Below the pieces are notes generated by a model. It saw only the letters and a list, made by a program, of their open reading frames with translations, searched no databases and was not told the DNA's origin. 64,000 bases of DNA. Origin: Candidatus Hydrogenedentota bacterium (GTDB lineage Bacteria > Hydrogenedentota > Hydrogenedentia > Hydrogenedentales > JAEUWI01). The stretch lies in the NCBI GenBank assembly GCA_034669905.1, contig JAXMOL010000042.1, positions 10,681 to 74,680 on the forward strand. The letters run 5' to 3'. Position numbers and translations under genes: made by a program. This document shows, in pieces, positions 9,305 through 18,618 of this stretch; the first letter of the stretch is position 1; each line of letters opens with the position of its first letter.

Positions 9305-9780
9305 GCACTTCACAGGGTGGGCGTTGCCCAAGCCGGTTGGTTTTACCATGCCCCTCGTGTCGCTCTGGAGTCCGTAAGCTTGCTTACGCTTTGGATGAGT
9401 GAGCTTGCTCGCGTCGGATTTTGGGTGTTGGGGAGCCCATGGGCAAGAACGGAAGTAGTGGCGATAGGGCCCACGTCCTCGGGGTGGGTGGGGAGCAAGC
9501 TCCCCGGGGAAAAGCGACCGCAAGCTGCCGCACTCCAAAGGTGGGCGTTGCCCAAGCCGGTTGGTTTTACCATGCCCCTCGTGTCGCTCTGGAGTGCGTA
9601 CGCTTGCTTACGCTTTGGATGAGTGAGCTTGCTCACGTCGGATTTTGGGTGTAGGTGCGACTATGGGCAAGAACGGAAGTGCTTGCGATATGGCCCACGT
9701 CCTCCTACTGGGTGGGGAGCAAGCTCCCCGGGGAAAAGCAGCAGCAAGCTGCCGCACTCCACAGGGTGGGCGTTGCTCAC
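9305..9780. repeat. Tandem ~224-bp repeat (2 copies plus a fragment) of inverted REP-like hairpin pairs
   Basis: GTGGGCGTTG recurs at 9317, 9541 and 9766. Each unit has GGAGT(G/C)CGTA.GCTTGCTTACGCTTT and the inverse-type AAAGC...GCAAGCTGCCGCACTCCA. Confidence 0.9.
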
Positions 9781-9822
9781 ACTGGGTGCTTCTGCCTGAC
9801 GCCACAGGATTCGCGGTATAGT

Positions 9823-11475
9823 TCACCAGCCTGGTCGTAGGAGCGCATACTCGGGAAAGGCAAAAACGACGACCTCTGCGGCATCCCGCGCGACGGAATT
9901 ACTTTCCATGAGGTGGCGGGGTACCTCCTGAAATTCTACCGGCCGCTCCAATACGGAAACGGGAAAGCCCAGTTGTTGACTGAACTGCGCGGCCAGGGAC
10001 GCGCCATGGACGGCGTGCAAGCGTGCGAAGGGGCCTGCCACCAACACGGCACTTTCCGCCGCCGGAGTAAAAGTTCTGCCGTCGCCGTCCGTTACCGAGC
10101 GCATGGTTTGCATTTCGGGGCGAATCGTCTTTTGCAGTCCCGGCGCCAGGCCAGCCACGGCCTGTTGGCGGAGGGGTAAATCTTTTTCGGTTACGGTATA
10201 ACGGACCGTCCCATGACTTTCTGAACCCACCTGCTCCTGAATCCAGGGGGTGGTATAGGCCGCGAGTTCGCCCAGCGTATAACTGGGGACTTCATAGTCG
10301 GTCGCCCAATACACGGCATGTCCTTCGTGACGACGGTGCTTGAGCAGGGGGGCTACATCGGCGACCACCACATCGTGGGCGACGAGGGCGGCGATCAGTT
10401 GGTGGTGGGGCAAATAGGCGGGCGGCAATTCCGAAGCCGGTTTGTGAACCTTGTCCGCATAGAGATGGATGCGGTCCGGCACGGGAATCAGCAGCAAGGT
10501 CTTCCCCATGGCGCGCAGCGAACGGTCCAGCGCATTGAGTGCCCGAAAGGCCGGGCGGTATTGGTAACCCGTTTCTGTCGGGGTGCCCACGAAATCGCGC
10601 ACGTGGACCAGATAATTGAGATCCACCTTTTGAAAAACAAACTGGTCATAGCCGAGGAGGGCCCGTTCGGGTTGGCCTTCGACTTCCCGATAGACGCGGC
10701 CCAGATTTTTTTCGATGGGGTAAATCTGTGCGGACCACCCGCTGGCCCCACCGTAAAGGGCGCGTTGTTGTTGCAGGTGATCGCGGGTGTTGCTGAGCCA
10801 GGCTTCGCGAAAGGGGGCGGGCGTGGAGGATTCCCGGGGCGTCGGTGCTTCGGTCAGTTCCCAGGCCGACCAGCTCACGCCACCGGGCAGGGTGCTGAGG
10901 GGCGAAAGCGTGCTGCGGAGAGATACCTGGGTGGCCACGCCGGAGTCGAAGGCGCCGGCATAACGGGCAGGTGTTTCCTGGTCAACTTCCACCAGGGCAC
11001 CTTTTAAGAGACGGGGTTCGCCTTCACCGTCGAGGGCGTAGGCATCCACCTGGGCCACTACGCCCGGGTCGGCGGTGGCCACCACAGAAAACGTATAGCG
11101 TTGCGCGGGCTTCACTGCGACGGTGGTGCCGAAGCGGGAGGAGAGCATCGTGTCGTGGTCGAAGTTGCGCCACGTCTGTCGCGCCGTGTAGCCCAGGGTA
11201 TCCAGGTGGCCATACATGACATCACGGGCCACAAAGGAGGCCATAGTGCCGTTGGGCACAGAGAATCCGGTGGGGTTTTCCAGTCCGCCATACCACTCCT
11301 GAAAGTCGCCATTGGGCAGCAGGTTTCGTGGGCTCATCTCAGGGGCCGGGGTCAGGGGCCATTGAATCATGGCGCCCGGCGGGGGAATGATCAGCTCGCG
11401 GTTTGGCGCGGGACCACAGGCCGTCAGGAGGCCCGGCAGGAGTAGCAAGGGCAGTATAATGGCTCTACAACGCAC
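9823..11475 (-). CDS. Lipoprotein with an N-terminal CBM-like domain and a degenerate AlgX/AlgJ (SGNH-like) domain
   Basis: Lipobox LLTAC (start likely GTG 11475; track gives 11517); NLLPNGDF CBM-like start; LLLIPVPDRIHLYAD and VYWATD as in the AlgX/AlgJ family. Confidence 0.6.
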   Translation of the reverse strand: MRCRAIILPLLLLPGLLTACGPAPNRELIIPPPGAMIQWPLTPAPEMSPRNLLPNGDFQEWYGGLENPTGFSVPNGTMASFVARDVMYGHLDTLGYTARQTWRNFDHDTMLSSRFGTTVAVKPAQRYTFSVVATADPGVVAQVDAYALDGEGEPRLLKGALVEVDQETPARYAGAFDSGVATQVSLRSTLSPLSTLPGGVSWSAWELTEAPTPRESSTPAPFREAWLSNTRDHLQQQRALYGGASGWSAQIYPIEKNLGRVYREVEGQPERALLGYDQFVFQKVDLNYLVHVRDFVGTPTETGYQYRPAFRALNALDRSLRAMGKTLLLIPVPDRIHLYADKVHKPASELPPAYLPHHQLIAALVAHDVVVADVAPLLKHRRHEGHAVYWATDYEVPSYTLGELAAYTTPWIQEQVGSESHGTVRYTVTEKDLPLRQQAVAGLAPGLQKTIRPEMQTMRSVTDGDGRTFTPAAESAVLVAGPFARLHAVHGASLAAQFSQQLGFPVSVLERPVEFQEVPRHLMESNSVARDAAEVVVFAFPEYALLRPGW

Positions 11476-11695
11476 GGTATATGTTCCACGACCCGTTACC
11501 TGATAGCCCACGCTCACGAAGGGGTGGCATCAGGGAATGGGCGACTCGTTTCGATGAGACGGTGCGGAACTTTGCCACAGGGAAGCACCAGAAGGCGATT
11601 CGGCAAAGCCCGTGCCGACAGGATAACAGGAGTTGTCGGTCGAACAAAAATCCCGCGGCCGCCCGATGGCTCTTCGGACCAAATGTCTGGCCGGT

Positions 11696-11725
11696 TTTAC
11701 AATAAAATGCCGGGGCTCCTATAAT
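11696..11725 (+). promoter_or_regulatory. sigma70-type promoter of the glycosyltransferase pair
   Basis: TTTACA, 18-nt spacer, TATAAT; overlaps the track ATG at 11724, which implies a downstream start. Confidence 0.55.
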
Positions 11726-11756
11726 GTCGCACTGCCACCCAACCGGATATCCCACC

Positions 11757-14060
11757 GTGACGTCTTCCCATAAGATCCCCGTACTCATCGCACTTGGCGA
11801 CTTCGCCAGTGGCGTGACCTCGTGGGCGCTCCGACTTCGCGAGGCCTTCGCGGGCCACCCGCGCTATGAAATCCGTCTGATGAACTGCGCCCGCACCGGA
11901 AACCGCATCGGGCGCTTCGACCTCGAGGCCACGACCCGGGCGCGGGCCAGCGAGCTCATTGCAGCCTGTGGGGAAGTCATTGTGGTCCCCAATTTCGTAT
12001 GGGACCTTTTTCCCGTGTGTGCCGAGCGGATTGCGGCGGGCCAGCCCCTGCGCTGTGTGGGATTCTGTCGTGCCGACTCAGAGGAAGAGTATTACGCGCC
12101 CCTGCGTTGGTATGCCCCCCTCATCAACCAATTCGCGGGCGTCAGCCCGGCATGCGTATCGGTCCTTAGCGCTCAGCATGAACGGGCCTGCGACGCCTTC
12201 CACACCCTGCCCACGGGGGTTTGGGTGCCGGAACGCCTGACGCGGGACTATTCCTGTGCACCGCTGCGCATGGCCTATGGCGGTCGGCTGGTGCAAGAGC
12301 AGAAACGGGTCCTGGATTTTGTGCCGCTGGTCGAGGGGCTCTATGAACGGGGGGTAGACTTCCGCTTTTCTCTGATGGGAGCGGGCCGACAGAAAGACGA
12401 ACTGGAAGCCGCGCTGAAGGCCGTCGACCCCGAAGGGCGTGTGCACTTTCTTGCCCGGCGTAAGCCCGAGGCCATGGCCACCTTCTGGGCGGAACAGGAT
12501 GTCTTTGTGCAGACCTCGGCCTTTGAAGGCACGAGTAACAGCATGTTGGAGTCCATGGCCCAGGGTGCCGTACCGGTGGTGACCCATACCGAGAGCGGCG
12601 TGGATGGCATCATTCACGAGGGAGAAAACGGTTTTCTGGTGGAGATAGGTGACATGGCCGCCATGGCAGAGGCCATCGCCCGATTGGCAAAGGATCCGGC
12701 CCGCCTGGAGACCCTGGGGCGTCGCGCACATGCCACGACCCTGCCCTATTCCATGGAAGCCTACGTCGAAAAGTTTACGATGCTCCTCGATGCCTGCATG
12801 ACCGAGTCACCTCGGAACTGGCCCGAAGGCCGTGCCATCGTGCCGCCCCAGCCCTTCCATGGCATCCGTTTGCCCGCCGGTGAAGGAAAAGGGTCGGAGA
12901 AGGGGCGCATCGCGATCCTCTTTCCCTCCCCCTTGCGCGGCGGCGCCGAGGACTACACCCTGACCATCGCCGAAGGAGCCGTCCGTGCGGGCTATGACGT
13001 GCAGGGCGCCTTTCCCAACAAGGTGGCGCTCAAGTCGCTGATTGAAGATTACTTTCGCGTCGGCGCTTTTCACAACACCCTCGAAATCTGTGACGTGGGC
13101 GCGAAGGCCGGGCAGGCCCCCTTATACAAGCGCTTCACCCGCACCGTTCGGTTATTGCGGCGGCTGAAGCCCCGCGCCGTGCTCTTCCAGTTGTGCGGCA
13201 TGCAGTATGGGCTCGTGAGCCTCTTTGCCTGCGCGTGCCTGGGGATGCCCACCCTGGTGGTCTTTCAGTTGGTGCGCGATGATATTCGGTTTTCCCTTCC
13301 CCGACGGCAGCTTCACCGTTGGATGCGGTATAGGGGACAGCAGTATGTCGCCGTGTCCGCCGCGAACCGTCGGCTTCTCGCCCGGGCCTTTGTCATGGCG
13401 GAAGAGGCCATCCTCATCATCCCGAATGGGGTGAACCTGACGCGCTTTGCCGATGACCCGGTTCTCCGTGACGGGACGCGGCAGCGCCTTTCGGAGGATT
13501 GGGGGATAGCAAGGGACGCCACCCTGTGCCTCACGGTGGGACGTCTCGCGCCACAAAAAGGCCACGATGTATTGATTCCGGCCATCCCCCATATCGTCGC
13601 TGCCCACCCGAATGTACACTTTATCTGGGCGGGGGAGGGGCCCTCAAAGAAGGCCCTGCTCCAACAGCTCGAGACCTATCACTGCGCCGACCGGGTGACT
13701 TTTCTGGGCCTGCGCGATGACATTCCCGCGCTGTTGCAGGCCGCGGACTACTTTGTGCACCCGGCCCGCTTCGAAGGCCAACCCTTCTCGCTCCTGGAGG
13801 CCATGGCGTCCGGCCTCCCGGTAATCAGCACCACCGCGAGTGGCATCCGGGAAGTTATCGAAGACGGTGTCCATGGGCGATTGTGCCCGCCCGATGATAT
13901 CGCCGCACTGCGCGGAAGCGTTATCGCCGCCCTCAACGACCCCGCCGGAAGCCAGACCATGGCCACGGCCGCCCGTGAGCAGGTCAACGCGTTCAGCGAA
14001 GCCGCCATGATCCGGGATACCCTCGCGGCCCTCGAAATTGCTTCAGGGAATATCCCATGA
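11757..14060 (+). CDS. Double-domain GT4 (GT-B) glycosyltransferase
   Basis: Two GT4 cores: GRLVQEQK..FEGTSNSMLESMAQG and VGRLAPQKG..FEGQPFSLLEAMASG. Start GTG 11757 or ATG 11724. Confidence 0.9.
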   Translation: MTSSHKIPVLIALGDFASGVTSWALRLREAFAGHPRYEIRLMNCARTGNRIGRFDLEATTRARASELIAACGEVIVVPNFVWDLFPVCAERIAAGQPLRCVGFCRADSEEEYYAPLRWYAPLINQFAGVSPACVSVLSAQHERACDAFHTLPTGVWVPERLTRDYSCAPLRMAYGGRLVQEQKRVLDFVPLVEGLYERGVDFRFSLMGAGRQKDELEAALKAVDPEGRVHFLARRKPEAMATFWAEQDVFVQTSAFEGTSNSMLESMAQGAVPVVTHTESGVDGIIHEGENGFLVEIGDMAAMAEAIARLAKDPARLETLGRRAHATTLPYSMEAYVEKFTMLLDACMTESPRNWPEGRAIVPPQPFHGIRLPAGEGKGSEKGRIAILFPSPLRGGAEDYTLTIAEGAVRAGYDVQGAFPNKVALKSLIEDYFRVGAFHNTLEICDVGAKAGQAPLYKRFTRTVRLLRRLKPRAVLFQLCGMQYGLVSLFACACLGMPTLVVFQLVRDDIRFSLPRRQLHRWMRYRGQQYVAVSAANRRLLARAFVMAEEAILIIPNGVNLTRFADDPVLRDGTRQRLSEDWGIARDATLCLTVGRLAPQKGHDVLIPAIPHIVAAHPNVHFIWAGEGPSKKALLQQLETYHCADRVTFLGLRDDIPALLQAADYFVHPARFEGQPFSLLEAMASGLPVISTTASGIREVIEDGVHGRLCPPDDIAALRGSVIAALNDPAGSQTMATAAREQVNAFSEAAMIRDTLAALEIASGNIP

Positions 14061-15298
14061 CGGAAAGGCGTCCCCGTATCCTGTGGATTCACCCCGGCGG
14101 GCTTTGGCCCATTGCGGGGGGCGGCGCATCCCGCACCTGGGCTCTCATCGACTTCTTGCGGGCGCAGGGCTATGCCGTGGAATTGGTGATGGGGGATCAG
14201 GGTGCTTTCAACGAGGCCATCGCGGCCCGGGTGGATAAACTCCATATGCCCGCCCGTTCCAATAGTTCCAACGCCCCGGTGGGATTCAAGCGCCGTCTGC
14301 GCAACGCGATCATCGCCCGCTATAAGGCCCTCGATCCGGAGCGGCGTCTTCTGGCAATGCTGCCCGGACGGAGCGTCGTCGCCTTGCAACAGCGGGATGT
14401 GCTGAGCCGAAACCGGCGCCCCGCCCTGGAGCGATTCGCCGCGACCCTTGCCTACGAAGCCCCCCCCCTGGCGGCCATCGCGAGCTACGCCTGGTTGGCC
14501 CCCGTGCTGGACCACATGCCGCCGGGTACACTGCGTATCCTCGACACCATCGACATCCAACATGCCCGTCGCGAAAACGCCGCGGCGGCCGGCGGGAATC
14601 TGGAGCACGTGCAGTGTTCGCCGGAAGACGAGGCGCGCGCGCTCAACCGCGCCGATGTGTTGCTGGCGATTCAATCGGAGGAAGCCGCCACCCTGAAAGG
14701 GATGTGTCCGGAGAAGGAAATTCTCTGCGTGGAGCACGCCCACCCCGTGCCCGACTATGTGCCCTCGCCCGTCGACTCCCAGGAGCTTCTCTATGTGGGC
14801 AACCGTTATGACCCCAATGTCCTGGGCCTGGAGGCCATTCTGGCGCAGGTCTGGCCCGAAGTCTTGCGTCAGTGTCCCGCCGCGACCCTCACGGTGTGCG
14901 GCCGGGTCGGAGAAACGGTGCGGCGCGCTCATCCCGGTGTGACCGTTGCCGGACAGGTTCCGGAGCTGGCCCCCTACTACCACCGCGCCGCCTTGGTGCT
15001 CAACCCCGTACCCTACGGCACCGGGCTGAAGATTAAGACGGTGGAGGGGATGGCCCATGGGCGTGTTGTCGTCTGTACCGAAGCGGGCACGGGGGGATTG
15101 GGCGATATCGCCGGGCTTCCTCTGTGTGTTTCGGAGGTGGGGGAGGCAATGGTGCAGCAGATTGTGGCGTTGTTGGCAGCCCCTGCCGAACGACACCCGC
15201 GTGAGAAGGCCGCGTGGGAATTCGCCCGGGAGCGATTTGCGCCCGAGAGGGTCTATGGTCCTTTGGTGGACCGTCTGCGCGTCCACGGTGGCGTGTAG
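14057..15298 (+). CDS. GT4-family glycosyltransferase
   Basis: GGGASR, YDPNVLGL, PVPYGTGLKIKTVEGMAHG; ATGA overlap with the upstream GT. Confidence 0.88.
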   Translation: MTERRPRILWIHPGGLWPIAGGGASRTWALIDFLRAQGYAVELVMGDQGAFNEAIAARVDKLHMPARSNSSNAPVGFKRRLRNAIIARYKALDPERRLLAMLPGRSVVALQQRDVLSRNRRPALERFAATLAYEAPPLAAIASYAWLAPVLDHMPPGTLRILDTIDIQHARRENAAAAGGNLEHVQCSPEDEARALNRADVLLAIQSEEAATLKGMCPEKEILCVEHAHPVPDYVPSPVDSQELLYVGNRYDPNVLGLEAILAQVWPEVLRQCPAATLTVCGRVGETVRRAHPGVTVAGQVPELAPYYHRAALVLNPVPYGTGLKIKTVEGMAHGRVVVCTEAGTGGLGDIAGLPLCVSEVGEAMVQQIVALLAAPAERHPREKAAWEFARERFAPERVYGPLVDRLRVHGGV

Positions 15299-15431
15299 CC
15301 ATTCCCCGTGTTGCGCCGATGCCATAGTGAAACGTACCATGGCAGCTTGCATTGGGCGGCCTCCTTTCTTATCCACAGCCGCATGACGGGCGACCGACGC
15401 CCCGCAGGTGAAGCGATTGAAAAACGACAAC

Positions 15432-16718
15432 ATGAAGCACCTTTCCCGGCGACACTTTTTACAGGCGGGCATCGTGACGCCCCTGGCCTTCAGTCTGGCG
15501 GGCTCCCGTGTCGCGCAGGCCGAGGAGGCGGTCATCCGTGAAGACTGGCCGGTCTTCCTCGGACCGACCCGCAACAACCTATCCCGGGAAACGGGGCTGC
15601 TGAAGGAATGGCCCGAAGAGGGACCGCCCCTCGTGTGGGAGCGGGAAGTAGGCGATGGTTATGGTCCGCCCGTGGTCGCCGACAAGCGCCTCGTTGTATT
15701 CCACCGCGTGGGTGATGAAGAGGTGGTGGCCTGTATTGATGCGGAGACCGGGGCCACCGAGCATTGGCGCTATGGCTATCCCACCCAATATGTGGATCGC
15801 TATGGGTACAATGGCGGACCCCGCTCGGGGCCCTGCATTGCCGAAGGACATGTGTTTGCCTTTGGTGCGGAAGGGGTCCTGACCTGTCTTCGCCTGGATA
15901 CGGGCGCCATGGTCTGGCAGCGCACGGTCAATAAAGACTACAACGTACCCGAGGGCTTCTTCGGAGCGGGCGTGGCTCCCGTCGTGGATGGCGGCAAGGT
16001 GTTTATTAACGTGGGTGGTCCCGATGGGGCCGGCGTGGTGGCCTTTGACGCCAAGACCGGCGAAACCCTCTGGAAAGCCGGTAAAGACGCCGCCAGCTAC
16101 TCCACGCCCATCGTGGGTACCATTCGGGGGGAGCGGCTGGTGATCTTTCACACCGCCGACGGACTCCTGGTGGTGGAAGCCGATTCGGGCGACATCCGCT
16201 ACAGCTATCCCTTCCGCTCCAAGACCTACGAATCGGCCATTGCGGCCACCCCGGTCTTAATCGACGACAAGGTCTTTCTGTCGGGTACCTACAACATTGG
16301 CGCGGTGCTCCTGCAATTGGCCCCCGATGGCTTGAAGGTTATCTGGCGGGATGAACTTGCCATGCAAAACCATTGGGCCACCAGTGTCTATCACGACGGC
16401 TATCTCTATGGGATGGACGGGCGCCATGAGCGGGGCTCCAACTTTCGCTGCATCGATTTCATGACCGGAGAGATCCAATGGACCGCCGACGAAGGCCTGG
16501 GCCGGGCCTCGTTCTTTATGGCGGAAGGCAATCTTGTGGCCCTGGGGGAGCGGGGTCGACTTGCCCTCATCGAAGTCAACCCGAAAGCCTACGTCGAGAA
16601 AGCACGGGTACGTGTTTCGAGCCGTCGCATCTGGACCCCGCCCATCATGGCGCAGGGCCTTCTCTATATCCGCAACGAGCGCCAGGTGCGCTGTTTCGAT
16701 TTGCGGGCGACAAAATAA
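15432..16718 (+). CDS. PQQ-like (BamB-like) beta-propeller protein with Tat signal
   Basis: LSRRHFLQ leader, DWPVFLGPTRN, WPEEGPPLVW, repeated LDxxTGxxxW blades. Confidence 0.88.
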   Translation: MKHLSRRHFLQAGIVTPLAFSLAGSRVAQAEEAVIREDWPVFLGPTRNNLSRETGLLKEWPEEGPPLVWEREVGDGYGPPVVADKRLVVFHRVGDEEVVACIDAETGATEHWRYGYPTQYVDRYGYNGGPRSGPCIAEGHVFAFGAEGVLTCLRLDTGAMVWQRTVNKDYNVPEGFFGAGVAPVVDGGKVFINVGGPDGAGVVAFDAKTGETLWKAGKDAASYSTPIVGTIRGERLVIFHTADGLLVVEADSGDIRYSYPFRSKTYESAIAATPVLIDDKVFLSGTYNIGAVLLQLAPDGLKVIWRDELAMQNHWATSVYHDGYLYGMDGRHERGSNFRCIDFMTGEIQWTADEGLGRASFFMAEGNLVALGERGRLALIEVNPKAYVEKARVRVSSRRIWTPPIMAQGLLYIRNERQVRCFDLRATK

Positions 16719-16738
16719 ACAGACGTTGGAGTTAAACC

Positions 16739-17971
16739 ATGTATCGCAGTACCCATATCCTTGTCGCCCTGTCACTCCTGCTGCTTTCGGCACAGAGCAT
16801 GGCAGAAGAATCGAAGAAGTTTGAGCAGGACCGTTTCGCCATCGGCCTGTGGGTCGACCCACCCGTGGATTCCAAGGCGGAAGCCCGCTACAAAGAGTTG
16901 GCCGAAGCGAACTTTAACGTGGTGATCGGTGGATTTGGTGGTGCCGACGTGGCCCAACAAATCGCCCTTTGTGAAGCCCTCGACCTGAAACTCATCGCCT
17001 CGGCCCGGGGTAAAGAGGCCACATCGCTACCGGAGAGTCCGGCCATCTGGGGCTATGCGATTCGCGACGAGCCCAGTGCCGACGATTTTCCGGCCCTCCG
17101 TGCGGCCTCCGATGCGATAGCCGCAGCACGCCCGGGGAAATTGCGCTATATCAATTTGTTCCCCAACTATGCCCGGGCTTCTCAGTTGGGGACCGAGACC
17201 TATGACGAGCACGTGAAGCAGTTCATGTCGGTGTTGGAACCCGATGTGCTGTCCATGGACCACTATCCCCAGTTTCATCCGGGACGGGATGGCCGCGCGG
17301 GATACTGCGAAAACCTGGAGACCCTGCGGATCCATTCCCTGGCGGCAGGCGTGCCCTTCTGGAATTTCTTTAACATCATGCCCTACGGTCCCCATACGGA
17401 CCCGACCGAGGGGCAGATTCGCTGGCAGGTCTACACCTCCCTGGCCTATGGCGCCCGGGGTGTCCTTTACTTTTGTTACTACACCCCAGCGGGGAAGGAG
17501 TTTCCCAAGGGGGGCGCCATCATTCGCCGGGATGGACGACGTACCCGGCACTACGGCGAGGCCCAGCGGCTCAATGCGGCACTGAAACATCTTGGGCCGA
17601 CGCTGATGAAGCTCACGAGTACGGGGGTCGTGCGTGTGTCGGAAGAGGCGGGCGATGTGCCGGCGGATAAACTCGCAGGGCTGGGTATTGCCGATATCAC
17701 CCGCGAGGCTGTTGACCCGCCCATGGACTATCTTGTGGGGGGATTCACCCACGAAGATGGGCGGCGCGCGGTTCTGCTCAATAACTACCGCTTTGCGTAT
17801 ACCGCTTGGCCTACCGTAGCCTTTGATGTGCCTGCAGCGCAGGTGATGGAAGTGGATCAGGAAAGTGGGGAGATACGTCCGGTGATGGACGATAGCCCCT
17901 TGATGGAAGGACTACAGGTGTCGTTGGCTTCCGGCGAAGGACGCTTGTTCTTACTGCCTGCCGCAAAGTAA
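16739..17971 (+). CDS. Secreted glycoside-hydrolase-like (TIM-barrel) protein
   Basis: Sec signal ending in SMA; RDEP, YINLFPNYA, SMDHYP and LAYGARGVLYFCY pattern of clan-A-like hydrolases; substrate unknown. Confidence 0.6.
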   Translation: MYRSTHILVALSLLLLSAQSMAEESKKFEQDRFAIGLWVDPPVDSKAEARYKELAEANFNVVIGGFGGADVAQQIALCEALDLKLIASARGKEATSLPESPAIWGYAIRDEPSADDFPALRAASDAIAAARPGKLRYINLFPNYARASQLGTETYDEHVKQFMSVLEPDVLSMDHYPQFHPGRDGRAGYCENLETLRIHSLAAGVPFWNFFNIMPYGPHTDPTEGQIRWQVYTSLAYGARGVLYFCYYTPAGKEFPKGGAIIRRDGRRTRHYGEAQRLNAALKHLGPTLMKLTSTGVVRVSEEAGDVPADKLAGLGIADITREAVDPPMDYLVGGFTHEDGRRAVLLNNYRFAYTAWPTVAFDVPAAQVMEVDQESGEIRPVMDDSPLMEGLQVSLASGEGRLFLLPAAK

Positions 17972-18012
17972 CGGACAGGTGGGGCTCCAGTATGGCTCTG
18001 GGGTCCAACTGA

Positions 18013-18566
18013 GGAGCCGGATCGCGTGGCACGGGAGATGGGTTGGGTATGCCAGCCAGTTCGAAGCCAGGCGGGCGCACCGGGGAGCAAGCTCCCCATA
18101 GAAGAGCGACAGCAAGCTGCCGCACTCCAAAGGGGCGTCGCTCCGCAGGTCGGTGCGCGGTACACACCATCCGTGACTCCCTGGAGTGCGCAAGCTTGCT
18201 TGCGCTTTCGTCCAGCGAGCTTGCTCGCGTTGTAAGGCATTGTGATGCTGGGGCCATCTACAGAGACGGATTCGTGTCACGCGATGACGAGCCGTGCGAG
18301 TTTTCGTGTGCGTGGAGCAACGCAGTCGGTGGCCATGGCGAAAGACCAAACTCGGGCATCCGTCCAGCCAAGCGGCGTTGGACGCCCGAATCCAACGATT
18401 CGTGGAGGCGCGTAAATTCCGTCCCTCCATGCACACGAACCGGCGGAGCCGGATCGCGTGGCACGGGAGATGGGTTGGGTATGCCAGCCATTTCGCAGCC
18501 AGGCGGGCGCACCGGGGACAAGCTCCCCATAAAAGTGCGACAGCAAGCTGCCGCACTCCAAAGGGG
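18013..18566. repeat. Second REP-like cluster: ~122-bp direct repeat (18013-18135, 18445-18566) plus an inverted arm at ~18181-18230
   Basis: GGAGCCGGATCGCGTGGCACGGG...CAGCAAGCTGCCGCACTCCAAAGGGG occurs twice, 432 bp apart, with the same hairpin family as at 9.3-9.8 kb. Confidence 0.88.
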
Positions 18567-18618
18567 TGGCTTTGCTCAGGTCCGGTGGCCGAGCCGCATT
18601 GTTCGTGGTGCTTCCGAC

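Noticed and set aside
9305..9780. Possible CRISPR array
   Set aside because: Units are ~224 bp and similar over their whole length, with no unique spacers and no cas genes; REP-like instead.
9005..9840. ORFs across the repeat clusters (also 17811-18833)
   Set aside because: Translations of REP-like palindromes (e.g. ECGSLL) with no protein-family signal.
15369..15377. Perfect DnaA box TTATCCACA in an intergenic gap
   Set aside because: Single copy, with no AT-rich unwinding element or box cluster; insufficient for oriC.
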